From: Tubiluchus corallicola
Taxonomy: Eukaryota > Animalia > Priapulida
Direction of reading: 5' to 3'
DNA length: 64,000 bases
Assembly (NCBI GenBank): GCA_030141605.1
Contig: JAQGDQ010000649.1
Coordinates: 53,327 to 117,326, forward strand
Shown here: positions 14,301 to 26,800 of the stretch, in pieces
Position numbering within the stretch: position 1 is the stretch's first letter
Layout: each line of letters starts with the position of its first letter
Made by a program: the position numbers and the translations under genes
The notes under the pieces: generated by a model
Seen by the model: only the letters and a program-made list of their open reading frames with translations
What the model was told of the DNA's origin: nothing
Database searches by the model: none

Positions 14301-17300
14301 CCATACGATCTTTTGCTCCCTTCCCCCATGTGTGGGGAAAGGGAACGACCATACGGTCTTTTACTCCCTTCCCCTATGTGTGGGGAAAGGGAACGACCAT
14401 ATGGTCTTTTACTCCCTTCCCCCATGTGTGGGGAAAGGCAACGACCATACAGTCTTTTACTCTCTTCCCCCATGTGTGGGGAAAGGGAACGACCATACGG
14501 TTTTTTACTCCCTTCCCCCATGTGTGGGGAAAGGCAAGACCATATGATCTTTTACTCCCTTCCCCATGTGTGGGGAAAGGCAACGATCATACGGTTTTTT
14601 ACTCCCTTCCCCCATGTGTGGGGAAAGGCAACGACCATACGATCTTTTGCTCCCTTCCCCTATGTGTGGGGAAAGGGAACGACCAGTCTTTTACTCCCCC
14701 ATGTGTGGGGAAAGGGAACGACCATACGATCTTTTGCTCCCTTCCCCCATGTGTGGGGAAAGGGAGCGACCATACGATCTTTTGCTCCCTTCCCCCATGT
14801 GTGGGGAAAGGGAACGACCATACGATCTTTTGCTCCCTTCCCCCATGTGTGGGGAAAGGGAACGATCATACGGTCTTTTACTCCCTTCCCCCATGTGTGG
14901 GGAAAGGCAACGACCATATGATCTTTTACTCCCTTCCCCCATGTGTGGGGAAAGGCAACGACCATATGATCTTTTACTCCCTTCCCCCATGTGTGGGGAA
15001 AGGCAACGACCATACAGTCTTTTACTCCCTTCCCCTATGTGTGGGGAAAGGGAACGACCATATGGTCTTTTACTCCCTTCCCCCATGTGTGGGGAAAGGC
15101 AACGACCATACAGTCTTTTACTCTCTTCCCCCATGTGTGGGGAAAGGGAACGACCATACGGTCTTTTACTCCCTTCCCCCATGTGTGGGGAAAGGGAACG
15201 ACCATACGATCTTTTGCTCCCTTCCCCCATGTGTGGGGAAAGGGAACGATCATACGATCTTTTACTCCCTTCCCCATGTGTGGGGAAAGGCAACAACCAT
15301 ACGGTCTTTTACTCCCTCCCCCTATATAAAGTGAAATAAATAATTTTAATCCGCATTGTAGACAATAACAAAGTTATTTTTTATGAGTACAATATAATGG
15401 TGTTGTTGTTTTTTAATTTTAGTTTTTTTCCAGTAACTCCTTTAATCAAATTTTAGATAGTATAGAAGCTTAAATTACAAACAGAAAATAAAATCATTAT
15501 ACCATTTTGTAAAACAGCAAACTTGCAAATTTGAATTGAATAAAAAAGTGTAAAAAAGACATTTACGTATGTTTGATCATAAGGTATAGAAAGACAATTT
15601 TTTCATGAGGAAATATTATCATGAACAATTATAAAGTGTCACATTGTTTTGTGACTTTGAGATATATAGATTAATTTTGGTTAATACCAGTACACAGATA
15701 CTAGTAGACATAGCCAGAATTTTTAGAAGTGTGGACTTCAACGATTAAAACATTAATTAAAAAAACATAAGTGAAGGCATTAGTATGTAAACAGAACATA
15801 ACAAACATTTATCATAGTGCACATCATATGACAGGAACACAAACGCACACACAGGAGCCATTAAAATACTTTTAAGAGATCTGTTAGTTCTAGTGGAAGT
15901 AGGAGTGTTGTTCATGAATTCCTTAATAGAGTTAATTTTTGAACATTTTTGAAAAACTTCTCTTTTTATTATAAACAGTATACAAGAAGAAACAGTGCAA
16001 ACTACATCTACAGCAGAAGTGTACAGAACTGCTAGTATCTACACATTCACACTTACATGCACATGAATAGTATTCATACCATACATCAGTCTGTGCTTAC
16101 CCTAAACAAAGCCTGGTATAATGCATTCGTAGTAGGAGACACTGCTTCTGACTGAAACAGTGGCAACATGAATATTTTAGCAAAGCAAAATCAGAAAGAG
16201 AATGCTGTCTAGCTACTTTCACATGTGCATGTACAGCTCATAACTTTGTTCTCCAAACTGTTTTGAGAAACTCACTCAACTAAACAGCTGGAAAATCTTC
16301 TTTATTATCTTATGAAATGAAAAATAACTTCATGGCATGTAATATCCTTCTTATATGTTTTTGTTCTTGTTACTGGCTGTTATAACTTCAGTTTCATCAA
16401 AAAAACTTATATATATATATATATATAAAATAATATAATTATATATATTATATATATAAGTTTTTGATGTATATATATATATAGTCTCACTAATCTATTG
16501 CATTTCTTAACGTTACATGTCATGACTGCCTTTACGTGAGAGGCTGTTATATCGGTCGCATAAAAACAGTTAGTGCAACTGTTAATGATCACATATGTAC
16601 CATTTTAATCATTGTTGTACTAGGAAATACAGTTTAAATCAATTATAAGCAATAAATGTTTTGTTTATCATACGATTCACTTTAAATTTTCAGATTATTT
16701 CCATTACTTTTTTTCTTTCACTGTGTGGGACAATCTAACAAACCCTGCTTTTTGATTGCCCGCAACACATTTACATTCGTATACAGGTGACCAGTGTTTG
16801 AGGCTTTTCTTGTGCAGAAGCAATAAAAACTTATTTGTATTATGTTCATTGTAGGCCCTTTCACTAGATATTGTATATGAAACTATTGTAAATGTGTAAT
16901 GTGAAATAAATGACTTATTACTTGACTTCTTATCCAACTAGTAAATGTGTTATACTTTATAATACTGTCACAGTCTGGTAATAAACAGTGCCTGTACGAT
17001 GTCACAGTACATGTTAAATGATAAGAAAACATGATATTGCAATTAGCAGAAAGTTTCTGTCACTCACTATCTCATTATTCCGATTAATGCAGCAGGAATA
17101 CGGCACAGAACATTTCATTGAACTTTTGTTCTCCTCCGTACAGTTGAAATACTTATTATGAGACCACTCCAAATAGGCCTCATCTGTGATACCACAACAC
17201 TTGAACTAAGCAAAATGATAAACACACACTTTACAAGAAATCTTTTATAAAAACACAAATCTATTATTTGAAAAACATTATTTAAACAGATATATATATT

Positions 17301-19739
17301 ATTATAATAAAATTATGTTAACCCTTTCAGTCCCAAATTATTTTTTTAATAAGAATAATAGGCTTGGTACTTTTGTTAAGTATGTCCATCTTGTTTACAC
17401 ATAATAATTATTTTTTTCTACCTGTGCCCGCGTGCTAAATATAGCCTGTATCCCACGGGATACATTGGGATTCAATGGAAGCATAAAATGTGCTTCATTT
17501 TGCAACTGCTGATAATTTTTTAAAGTATTTAAGACATTTAGTATGCATGCTATGCTGATCTGTACAAAGTCATCTCTAAAGTACTGTACCTTGCGCAGTT
17601 TTTTATGATATGTAGATTTTCTAGTTTGCCATTTTATCACCATTTTTAGTCTATTGTTATTGGCTTAAATCAAAATAACTATTAACAGATCAAATAACTG
17701 ACAGTTTGAAAATTTTATGAATTTTAAAGGCAGAAAATATCCCACAGGATACAATAGGTACGAAAGGGTTAATTCCTATTAATTTAATTGTGTTTCCTGA
17801 TCATATAATCAACCTCTTACATAAGATATAATAATTAGCAGGTGTCATAGACGATACCAAAAGCAAAGAAAAACAATATCAGCTTCTTATTTATAGGGGC
17901 AGTTCACATTAGCCTAGAAAAATTAATAGTTTTAAAAAACAAAACGAAATTTTTCTAAACAAAATTAGTTTGTTTAATCTGGTTTAACCTTTAAGCCATA
18001 TAAGTGTTTATTAAAAACCCAACAAGCCTAAGTCTGGTCACGGAAGCATATCCAAACCTCAGAAAAAAGTAACATCCTTCCAACTGAAAAATTCCAGAAC
18101 TGCGCCTACATGTAATCTACAATGGAATAACTGTTTATTTCAGAAGCAATATGTCACAAACGTACCGTAATTTGTATAAAATCTATTACGTTCTGTAGAT
18201 CTGGATCGTCATAATATCGTGAGATAAGCTTCCCAGTTACCGTTTGTTTAGTTTTGTTCTCAATCTTGTCATAGAAAATAAATCCAGCTATAGATATTCC
18301 TATCATAACTAGGAAAACTCCCATGAGTAAATAGTAAAACTGAAATACAAAACCTGCAAAATGTAAACTTTTCCCAAACAAAGTTCGAAACATTTAATAA
18401 TAACTTTGTATTCCCATAAACATAATATTTTTTAATCATTTTATAGTTATTTCGGGACCTCACACAAAAGTTGCACTGGGACTGCCATATATGGAACATG
18501 GTTGCTCATCTTGTGTGCATAAAAACACTTTCTCAAAAACCTTTAAAGGAAAACTAGACCTGTAGGTCAAAAAATAATGAAAGGAAACAAACTATTTTTC
18601 AAAAACGACTTACAAGAAAGAATTATTACCACACAAACGCAATTTCACGTTCGCGCCACTAAGTTCTTCACTGTTATATGTATTTCACCATTCGCTAATT
18701 AGACGGGCACTAGCGCCTGCATTTCGAAATGCATTGCACAAAAAACAGGAGCTATATCTCTCAGTTCAGAAGTGTTAATTTGTGATGAACTACACACGTT
18801 CGACAGCTCTCGCGTGAGCACAGTGACAAATCTAAAATTTGAATTTTTATTTTAAAACTTTCCTAATTTTAGTACAACACACTGAATATCTTACAGTAGC
18901 ACTGTACTTTAATTTTCGCTTTTGCAAACATGTGCAACACACTCATGGAATATTTTTGCTGTTGAAAATGATGTTAGTTTGTGATGTCATCAACCAATGG
19001 GCTTGCCCAATGTTATCTAAGTTTTTAATTTATTATTTAATTATCAGAAACACTTTTGCAGTACTGATACTGTTAAAATGTATACTTTTTATCGGACCTG
19101 AAAATGGCACACAATATGAAAAATCATCCTCTCTTCCTTTAAGAAGTCCTTGTTACCTTCATATGAAAAATATAGAATGGAGCATTAGAAACACATGTTC
19201 AAAATCCGTAAACACTCTCGTGGTGCCTCCTAATATTTTTAGATTTGTCTGTGGCATAATAACCAATGGTTCTTTGCTCCCAATATCAAGTGAAGTCTTT
19301 AATAAGCTTTTGCAGACAATTGCTGGTTGAGCTTGACCGCATGTCGACAAATATGTACTTTGACTACTAATTGTAACTGTGTGGTGAGTCCGAGTATAAA
19401 AAGTGGTCTTAGTCATAAGACTGGGTTTGTTTAATATTCACAGATCTCTCAACATATTCCCTCAATAATTTCCTTTCCAGGTTAATGACAAAATAAGAAT
19501 AGCAACAAAGTACTATGAGAAACCAGGTTTCATTGTCATGCAAACTCTACTATAGCTACATGCAAGAAATCCTACCATTACATTCATCATGCTATGTACA
19601 GTTAATGAGGAGGAGGACTCGAAAGCTTAATGCTCCTTCCTCCTCCTCACAGTAACTCGTTTAGTTTATAATTTTTTTCAGTGTAATAACAATTTGTATG
19701 TATGTTTATATGTTGCTGTGGATAAATTCATATTATTGT

Positions 19740-19779
<40 letters not shown>

Positions 19780-21686
19780 CACTTAAAAAAGTAGGCCTAT
19801 TCCTAGATTCTCCTTCAAACGGAAACTACATTGTTGCTGATAGTTGGTCACTGATTACTAAGTCATTGTTTATTGCACTTTCAGCACAACACTTTGCTAT
19901 AGTTAATACTTCTAATTAGTGCGGTATACACACAGCCTAGTTGATGCAAATTATTTCAAAGTGAGCTTACCATTTTGAGAAGACAAGTATTTTCTCGCAA
20001 GGCACCAAGACATCCTCCGAATGCCACAAGAAACACCCATATACCAACAGCCATGAACACAATAGAAACATTAAATACATAGTCAAAAAGCCCGGGGTCT
20101 GTTTTTGCCGACTGTTCCTGCTTCTTCAGTAAGTGAGACCAAAGTCCAATACCAACAATCAACATGCCAATAATCTTGAAAAATGACAACATTGACTTTG
20201 ATATGTGACTAACAGAAAATCAATTAAAAATACATTTAGTAGCTATTTAAACTAATAAATCAATGAAGGTATTGTGGAATGGCAATACCCTAGTGGTTTG
20301 TACTAGACCTTGCAGTTACGCAGCAGTAAGCCTAGCAAGCATCCAAACAGGTGACTGCCAGGAAAACTGCTTCTGGGTGGTTTCAGCAGGCTGTAAAGTA
20401 TGAGTTTGAATTGTATAGGGGCCTATAAAAAACTTATTTTTATGATATAAATAAAATTCCAAAACTGTGTATAAAATTCTAGAATTGTTTTGGAGTTATT
20501 CGCATAAAAAATTATGAACGGCATGAAAAAAACTAGCAATTAACTATAAATACGGTTAAATTCATTGCCATTGCTGCCACCACAACTAGCAAAAAATAAA
20601 GTGGTTTAGAAAAGCTTAGAGCTTAATAGCTCCAGCGTAAATCCCTACTAGAAATTAATAAATTTTACCCTGAAGTAGCTGTGGATCATTGGTTGAAACG
20701 AATCCACAAATGCATTTATACATACATAGATACATATAATCACTGTAAAGACAGAAATAATGGAAAATCAGCAAAATTATACAATTAGAGAGACTGAATC
20801 AGCAAACAATAGTAAAGAAGAGGCATTTTGCTGTTTACCAAATGAGTTGAGCATGATGGTAATAATTAGGTCTATAAACTTTGAAGAGAATTAAAATTGA
20901 TTTTGCAAAAATTGTAGCACTGCTTGTGCATAAATAACAAAAAGCCACGATTATGTTTCGAATATTAACCAGTTCTTATGTTCTAAAAACTAGTTTTTCA
21001 TTAATGGCTTTAAATGAAAACTTTTCAAAACTGTTCAGTTCTTATCAAATTTTCACAGCATCAATTCACCAAAAGCAATTGAGTTACGAAAGTTCAATCA
21101 CCAGAACTGTAATCAATTTTCAAGTCTTTCGTAATATAATAAATTATTAATATTTTTTGAACAAATAAAAACACCATTAATTATCATAATGCAAAACAAT
21201 GTTATCACCAGTTTCAGTATTCTGCCTACTCGCATTGTCTTGTAATACACGAAAGTATACCTTGTCCCAGACGTAGTATACCGTACAGACTACCAGTTCA
21301 GCATAATCAAAAACGAAAACAACCATATATCCGTTAAGGATATATGAGCTATATCAGGGACTACTGAATTGACTACATATAGTTTTGTATAATTATACTA
21401 TAGTGTATTCATTAGTTTTTGTAGTAAACTAGTATACACCCTATACACACCGCACACAATCCCACCACACGAGGAGTCATCAGGATAAGGAAAACTATGA
21501 TCAGAATTCGGGTTTCGGGCCAACCATTTTTCTTCATGATTGTAGTAACTTGTTAAATACTGATCATATGTGATATATAATTATGGTTTACTGATATAAA
21601 GTTGTCCCAATTCTTACCCAAAAAAGAAAGTTGAATGAAAATAATAAATATTTTACAACTGGATTTACGTAAGTGTGACTCGGCAT
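8366..21686 (-). CDS. TSPAN33: Tetraspanin, TspanC8 subgroup (TSPAN33-like), about 320 aa, 7 coding exons
   Basis: Exons (minus): 21618-21686 (MPSHTYVNPVVKYLLFSFNFLFW), 19971-20174 (...FGGCLGALRENTCLLKM), 18166-18339 (...YYDDPDLQNVIDFIQIT), 17068-17205 (FKCCGI...YFNC...KCSVPYSCC), 12300-12347 (TGYPNALCGKDVQSLT), 10088-10204 (...VYSIGC...NLYTVSGIAIG), 8366-8578 (FFGLYLARLL...stop). All introns are GT-AG, phase 0. There are four hydrophobic segments, a CCG motif and 8 Cys in the large loop. TSPAN33 versus other C8 paralogues is inferred from the N-terminal motif. Confidence 0.9.
8594..9659. mobile_element. Degenerate pogo-like TIR element
   Basis: Left TAAATTAAGTCGTCGCTCAATGAC is an imperfect inverse of right GTCATTAAGCGAGGAATTACTATA. 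The right 200 bp is homologous to 26551-26758. Confidence 0.6.
10307..10781. mobile_element. pogo/Tc1-mariner-like MITE family D, copy 1
   Basis: TA-flanked AGTCAACCTCGG...CGCGGTTGACTG; repeated subterminal CCCTTATATCCGA motif; homologous to the copies at 33582 and 47521. Confidence 0.85.
11160..11232. repeat. (AAAC)n microsatellite
   Basis: Direct reading. Confidence 0.95.
11543..12278. repeat. 15-bp minisatellite ACACAAATGACAACG, about 49 copies
   Basis: Direct reading; source of the QMTTT/CRCHL ORFs. Confidence 0.95.
12682..13378. repeat. 16-bp minisatellite TGTAACACTGAAACAA, about 39 copies, interrupted by an A-rich tract at 12790-12852
   Basis: Direct reading. Confidence 0.95.
13711..14028. 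repeat. 14-bp minisatellite AAGACACAAGACAT, about 22 copies
   Basis: Direct reading. Confidence 0.95.
14101..15322. repeat. 48-bp GC-rich palindromic minisatellite, about 25 copies
   Basis: Unit CCCATGTGTGGGGAAAGGGAACGACCATACGGTCTTTTACTCCCTTCC. Confidence 0.95.
17318..17772. mobile_element. piggyBac-like MITE, copy 1
   Basis: TTAA-CCCTTTC...GAAAGGG-TTAA. Nearly identical to 50830-51175 but with about 115 extra internal bp. Confidence 0.85.
18543..19142. mobile_element. Second Kolobok-like MITE with a different body
   Basis: TTAAAGGAAAA...TCTTCCTTTAA termini 600 bp apart; single copy in the window. Confidence 0.5.
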
Positions 21687-22400
21687 CGTAACTTGAAAGT
21701 ACTTTCGTAAATCGTGTTAATAAAGTAAAATAAACGTTTACACGTTATTTTTACACATTTACATTTTGATTTTTCACCCACTCTAATAAGGGGTATCTTC
21801 TAACGTCTCATTAACGTCTAACGTTTAATAAAGAAATATCTGATTTCCCGTATTTCTAAGCCTGGCGTCTTGTGAAAGTCAGCTTGGTTGAAGACTTTGA
21901 GCAAAGGTTTTACATTTTATGATAATAAGTTGACGAGGTTCGATATGTCGAAAGTTTAAAAATACATCCTCCTAAGTTCAGATGTTTACTAACTTATTTT
22001 GATCTTGTTTACTAGTTTATGTGCTTTTATCAGATTTTGCCGATGACCAAGCTGACACTACAGAATAATTCAGTGGTCTAGCATTAGTAGATTCGCTCTG
22101 TAAATCTTTTGTAAGCAGTAGACATTGCAGACTTATGTGTTAAAGTCTTGGCACTATAATGCCTATACTACAGCCTCTTCTGTGAACAATTGTCTACATT
22201 CCATTGGTTTTTAGAGAAGTCTTGCATAAACGAGGTGGTGTATATTTGATTAGGTTCTGAAGATATCATATAAACATTATATCCAGTTGGTGTTTTTAAT
22301 AATGTGAACCTATTCTGAGGAGAGGCTAAGCATTATGTTACACTGTAATTTCATTCATGTATAAAAGTAATTACATAATGTTTTATAATTGTGCATCGTT

Positions 22401-23560
22401 AAGGTAGTGACTAAATGTATGGATCCATATCTGAATCGCAGCAACTAAAAATACGGATCCGTGTCTCGAAAGCTTTCACTAGAAAGTACAGATCGATTCA
22501 TACCGCGAAAGCTCCGGATCGCCTGGCAGAGATGGACAAATATCACTTTCTTGTTTATCCGCAGCCGCAAAATGCGCAAGTGTAAATATCCGCATCCTTA
22601 AAATCCGCGGATTGAGTGAAATTGAATATGCGCAATAGCCGCAAAAATGTGGACAAGAAATTAATGAGGCCTGGTATGTGTCCTATATTGTTGAAAACCG
22701 TTTCCTAATGTGAAGCTAGGAGATATAATCGTGAATCAATAAGAAATTGCTAGCCGGACCCCGATTTTGCTTGTAAGCCTTCAACGACAACTCACACAGC
22801 ACGATGTATATAGTACATCATTCATTCATATCATACCATTCACACTTCGAACCATTATGTATATATGTTGAACATTTTAATGACATATGTATATATATAT
22901 ATCACTCATTATAATAAAATTGATCATCATCAGCATAAAATTTGAGCAGTGTCACTGAAATAGTCCGTCTGCTTTAAGACTAAATTTTCTTCTTTCATTA
23001 ACTTTAACATCTTATTCAACACTTAATCAAATGCTGTTTCCGATATTTTAACTAGATTTTTGGCAGTTTAAAAATCCGCTGCCATTCCACTGCACATGCA
23101 TAAGATTCACAGCATAAATTTTGGCAACAGGTGCATATAACAATTTAACAGCTCTTATAAATTGGATTAACTGTATATCACATAAAGACTAAAAACTTTT
23201 GCTATGTTCGACAAGTCAATACATCACAACTCAAACTAAGAAAAAATACAGTTTAGTAGGTTATCACATTCACAACACTATATAGAAAGAATACTGGTTA
23301 GTAGGTCATATTGCAACACTCTAAGAAATTTGTAACACTTTAAGATTTAAAGTCTTGCTAACAGACCTACTACACATCATTTTTTGTAACAGTAAACAAA
23401 ATAAATTAAACAAATTATTAATTGGTAGCTTATGCAACACAGCATTCTATAAAAGCAAACAATTTGCAAGGCAATAAAAGGAGACTAATTAATATTGTCA
23501 GAAAGAAAAACGGTATTGTAGAAAAGACAAATACGGATCCGTACCTCTAGTCACTACCTA
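22401..23560. mobile_element. Non-autonomous TIR element (about 30-bp imperfect TIR), superfamily unassigned
   Basis: AGGTAGTGACTAAATGTATGGATCCATAT at left versus ATACGGATCCGTACCTCTAGTCACTACCT at right; no clear TSD. Confidence 0.65.
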
Positions 23561-23836
23561 TCTTTAATTGAGAACCACACGATTCACAATATATTTTACG
23601 ATTCTGACCTATCAGGTGTTCATACAAAAAATGTGACATGACGTGCTCCTATTATTTGTACGTGGGACATTTTACCTGAGATGAACAGTATAATTATATT
23701 TATTCATTTATTCGTTATTCTAATGCTATCATTTTCGCTTGTAGTACTATTAGTTAGTATTTTGTTCTTGATTGAAAGTTTGTCAGTTTAATGATAGTCA
23801 TTATTTTTTAATCATAGATCAGCTATTGCTTCAACA

Positions 23837-26800
23837 ATGGTTTTAGCACGATTGAAGAAATTGCTTCTTTGTCACCTCCTTTTAGGTAAGAGCCCAACAA
23901 AAAATTTTTCGCTGGTAAATCTGTGTATTTTGTGCAAAATTTTTGTGCTGAGTCTAAAGTTAAATTGAGACAAAAAAGTAAATTAAATGATTCTCTGTTT
24001 TAGTGGGCTACAGTTGCAAAAATTTTTTTTGTTCAGTTCATTTATAAACTTTTTTTAAAATAGGGCACCTATACGCTGACTGGTATTTCAACACTCGTGT
24101 TGCTCTTCGTGTTTTCCTGTACAACTTATTTACTTCACCTTGTGTTTCTTAGTAACTGGAGAATTTCAGCAAACACCTCATTTTCGCTAGATTATTGATT
24201 ATCGACAAATTCATTTTTGTTTTTGTTTTTTCAGTGAATCGTCCCAGTATGACCCATTTTCTTTTGGGTTAATTATTAGTTGCAAAATTAATCTGTATTT
24301 TTCTGTTTATTGCATTACTACTATTTGGCTTGTTTCCCTAGGGTATGTGTTTGTTGCAAGTGGATTGATAGTAAATCTTCTTCAACTCTGCTGTCTACTA
24401 ATAGTATGGCCTTTCTCCAAAAACTTATACAGGCGTCTTATTTCACACTTGTGTTATCTCCATTGGTCACGTAAGTTAAACACTCATTAGTCACGGTGGA
24501 ACATACTTACTTTACAATTTTGTATCGCATGTACAGATCTAGAACAAATGTGATGCAACTTAACTGCAAGAAATTGTTTCTATCTATTTGTTTTTTTGTT
24601 GACAACTTAGTGAAAGGTTGGTTCTTTACAGAAGACGGGACAAGGTAGCATCTTTTTTAAATTATTTTCCTTAATGAAGCCACCATCCACTATATTACAG
24701 ATACTCAGGTTATTTTTTATTGTATTTGGTGATAGAAGAAAAGACGTTATTGACAGGTGCCACTTAGTGTTTCTACATTCTTGGTGGTTTAGAGGGTGTA
24801 CGGTAAAAATTGCACAGGTAAAAATGGCACAGCAAAAAATTGCACAAAAAAGGCACAGGTAAAAATGGCACAGATGGAAAAGTAGAAAAAAATCGCATAT
24901 GCTAATAAAACTGGAATGTGCCCATTGTAAAAAAAATTAAAACTGAAACTTTGTCTGATTCTTTTGATTAAAAAAATTTAACACAATGGTAAACAAGCAA
25001 ACTACAAAAATTTGCGTATATTAGTTTTATATAGACTAAGAAAAGTCTCACAAAATATTTATTCATTAAATAGATTTATAATCAGTAATGCACGAATGTC
25101 CCACATAGTCTTTACCTACGCTTTTAATCGTGTAATAGATTAACAAATATATGCGTATTTACATAGCAAATCATCTTATGATACACATTAATAAGCAAAG
25201 GTTATAGACAGGTTATATTACTCAAGTGAGAATTTCACCAAATGGAACTGGGACTAACTCGTAGTACATTGTTTGTCCAGGTGGAAATAACAAAAATGAA
25301 GTACTAAATATTTCTCTGAAACCTCCACGAAGTGTGTCGCGAATGTTTTTTTGGTACTTGGTGTTGGGCAAGTTTTGCGAAAAAACTGGTGAAAAGATTC
25401 CCATTTTGCTCCCAATACCTGTGTTCTCCACCAAAGTTTCATGGAAATCTATTAGGTAGTTTTGTAATAGGCTTACTGCCGTAACAGACATAATACAGCT
25501 AAACAAACAGAAAAACAAACAAACTGTGTTGAAGCACAACTTCCTTGGTAGAGGTAAAAATAACTAAAATAATTGTCATCAACAGTAGATCTAACTCTAA
25601 ACTAATATATGAGTCATTTTTCCTGTGTCATTTTTACCTACATATGTCACCCTATACTGAAAATTACCCATACTTACTAATTGTGTACTTAACAAACTTA
25701 ACAATAGCATCACAGGAGTTGGAAATTTTAGTTGCAGACAGGAAACAGTGGAGTGCTCTAATAAGGGATAGAGGCTCAAGGTGTACAATAGATGTTTAGA
25801 GTAACAGAAGAAGAAGAAGAAGAAGAAGAAGAAGAAAATTGCTAATCATTAGGCCATGCTTATAGGGAAGCTTTTGCTAATCCTAACCCTAAACTCGCAT
25901 TTTACTAAGTGTGCCATTTTTTCCTGCACCTTTTTTACCTGTGCCATTTTACCTACTTTTCCATTTGCGATTTTTACCTACGTTAAGTTTAGGATTATGT
26001 CTATTTTGTGCAAAACTTATTCAAGATTAATGTTTAACAGTAACTGTTACTGGTACGTAGTTGTTCAGTTAGTGTTTCATTTGTAACATGTTTTTTCTAA
26101 CAGCTACCAAATGCTGTCATGTAACATTAGTAATGCCAGCTATAGCATAACATGATATTAATCATTTAGCTTCGAAATAGTTATATGCAAATTATTTTGT
26201 TTACAGAACTTGTTTTTCTGGCAGAGTGGTGGTCCGGATCAGACTGTGAACTTGTTTGCCCAAATCCGGACGATCGCAACTACTACGGTAAAGAACATGG
26301 AATTGTCGTACTTAATCATAGCTATGAAATAGACTGGCTTATGGGTTGGATAATGTGCGAACGGTTTGGAACACTTGGTGTAAGTGTCAAAACGTTTTGT
26401 GTTAATTTTTATTGATCACCCGGCGCATTTAATGGCAGTGGCAGATCCAGGTCTAGAAAAAAGAGCACTAGGTTAACTGTTTAAATATAATCTATGTCTG
26501 CCTCGGCTATTCTTGCTATTATTGTTATTCTCTGCTATTATTGTTTTTTTAAAACAGAATAATACAATACGTACCATTTTAGTGTTTCAAATTAATTATA
26601 AAAAGCTGTTGATAAAATAAAAAATGATATAGAAATGAGCAAAGTAAAAAAAATCATCGCTTAAATGAAACGGTGTGTCATTAAGTGAGAAAAAGGTGTC
26701 AAAGGTTCAGCGTAGAAACGTCACTAAACAGGGAGTTGCTAAGCGAAGACTTACTATATTCATGCAAAAGCCTAAAACAACAAACTAATTGTTGAATATG

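Larger units (their letters stand above)
24793..25982. mobile_element. TIR element with tandem GGTAAAAATGGCACA subterminal repeats, containing nested fragments
   Basis: Repeats at 24801-24872 are mirrored by TGTGCCATTTT(T)ACC repeats at 25910-25980. Confidence 0.6.

Noticed and set aside
14101-15322. CRISPR-like array of palindromic repeats
   Set aside because: Units are contiguous with no unique spacers, there are no cas genes, and the context is a eukaryotic intron.
11421-15339. Long Cys/His-rich or mucin-like ORFs (CRCHL, QMTTT, VLHCFS, MCGERERP)
   Set aside because: Translations of stop-poor satellites, open in several frames and both strands inside tetraspanin introns.
15854-15922. Second possible in-frame tetraspanin cassette exon (EFMNNTPTSTRTNRSLKSILMAP)
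   Set aside because: Weak acceptor (TATTAAG) and donor (GTGTGT); chance occurrence is likely.
19606-19649. 12-bp perfect hairpin TGAGGAGGAGGA...TCCTCCTCCTCA
   Set aside because: Low-complexity GGA/TCC triplets; no further evidence of function.
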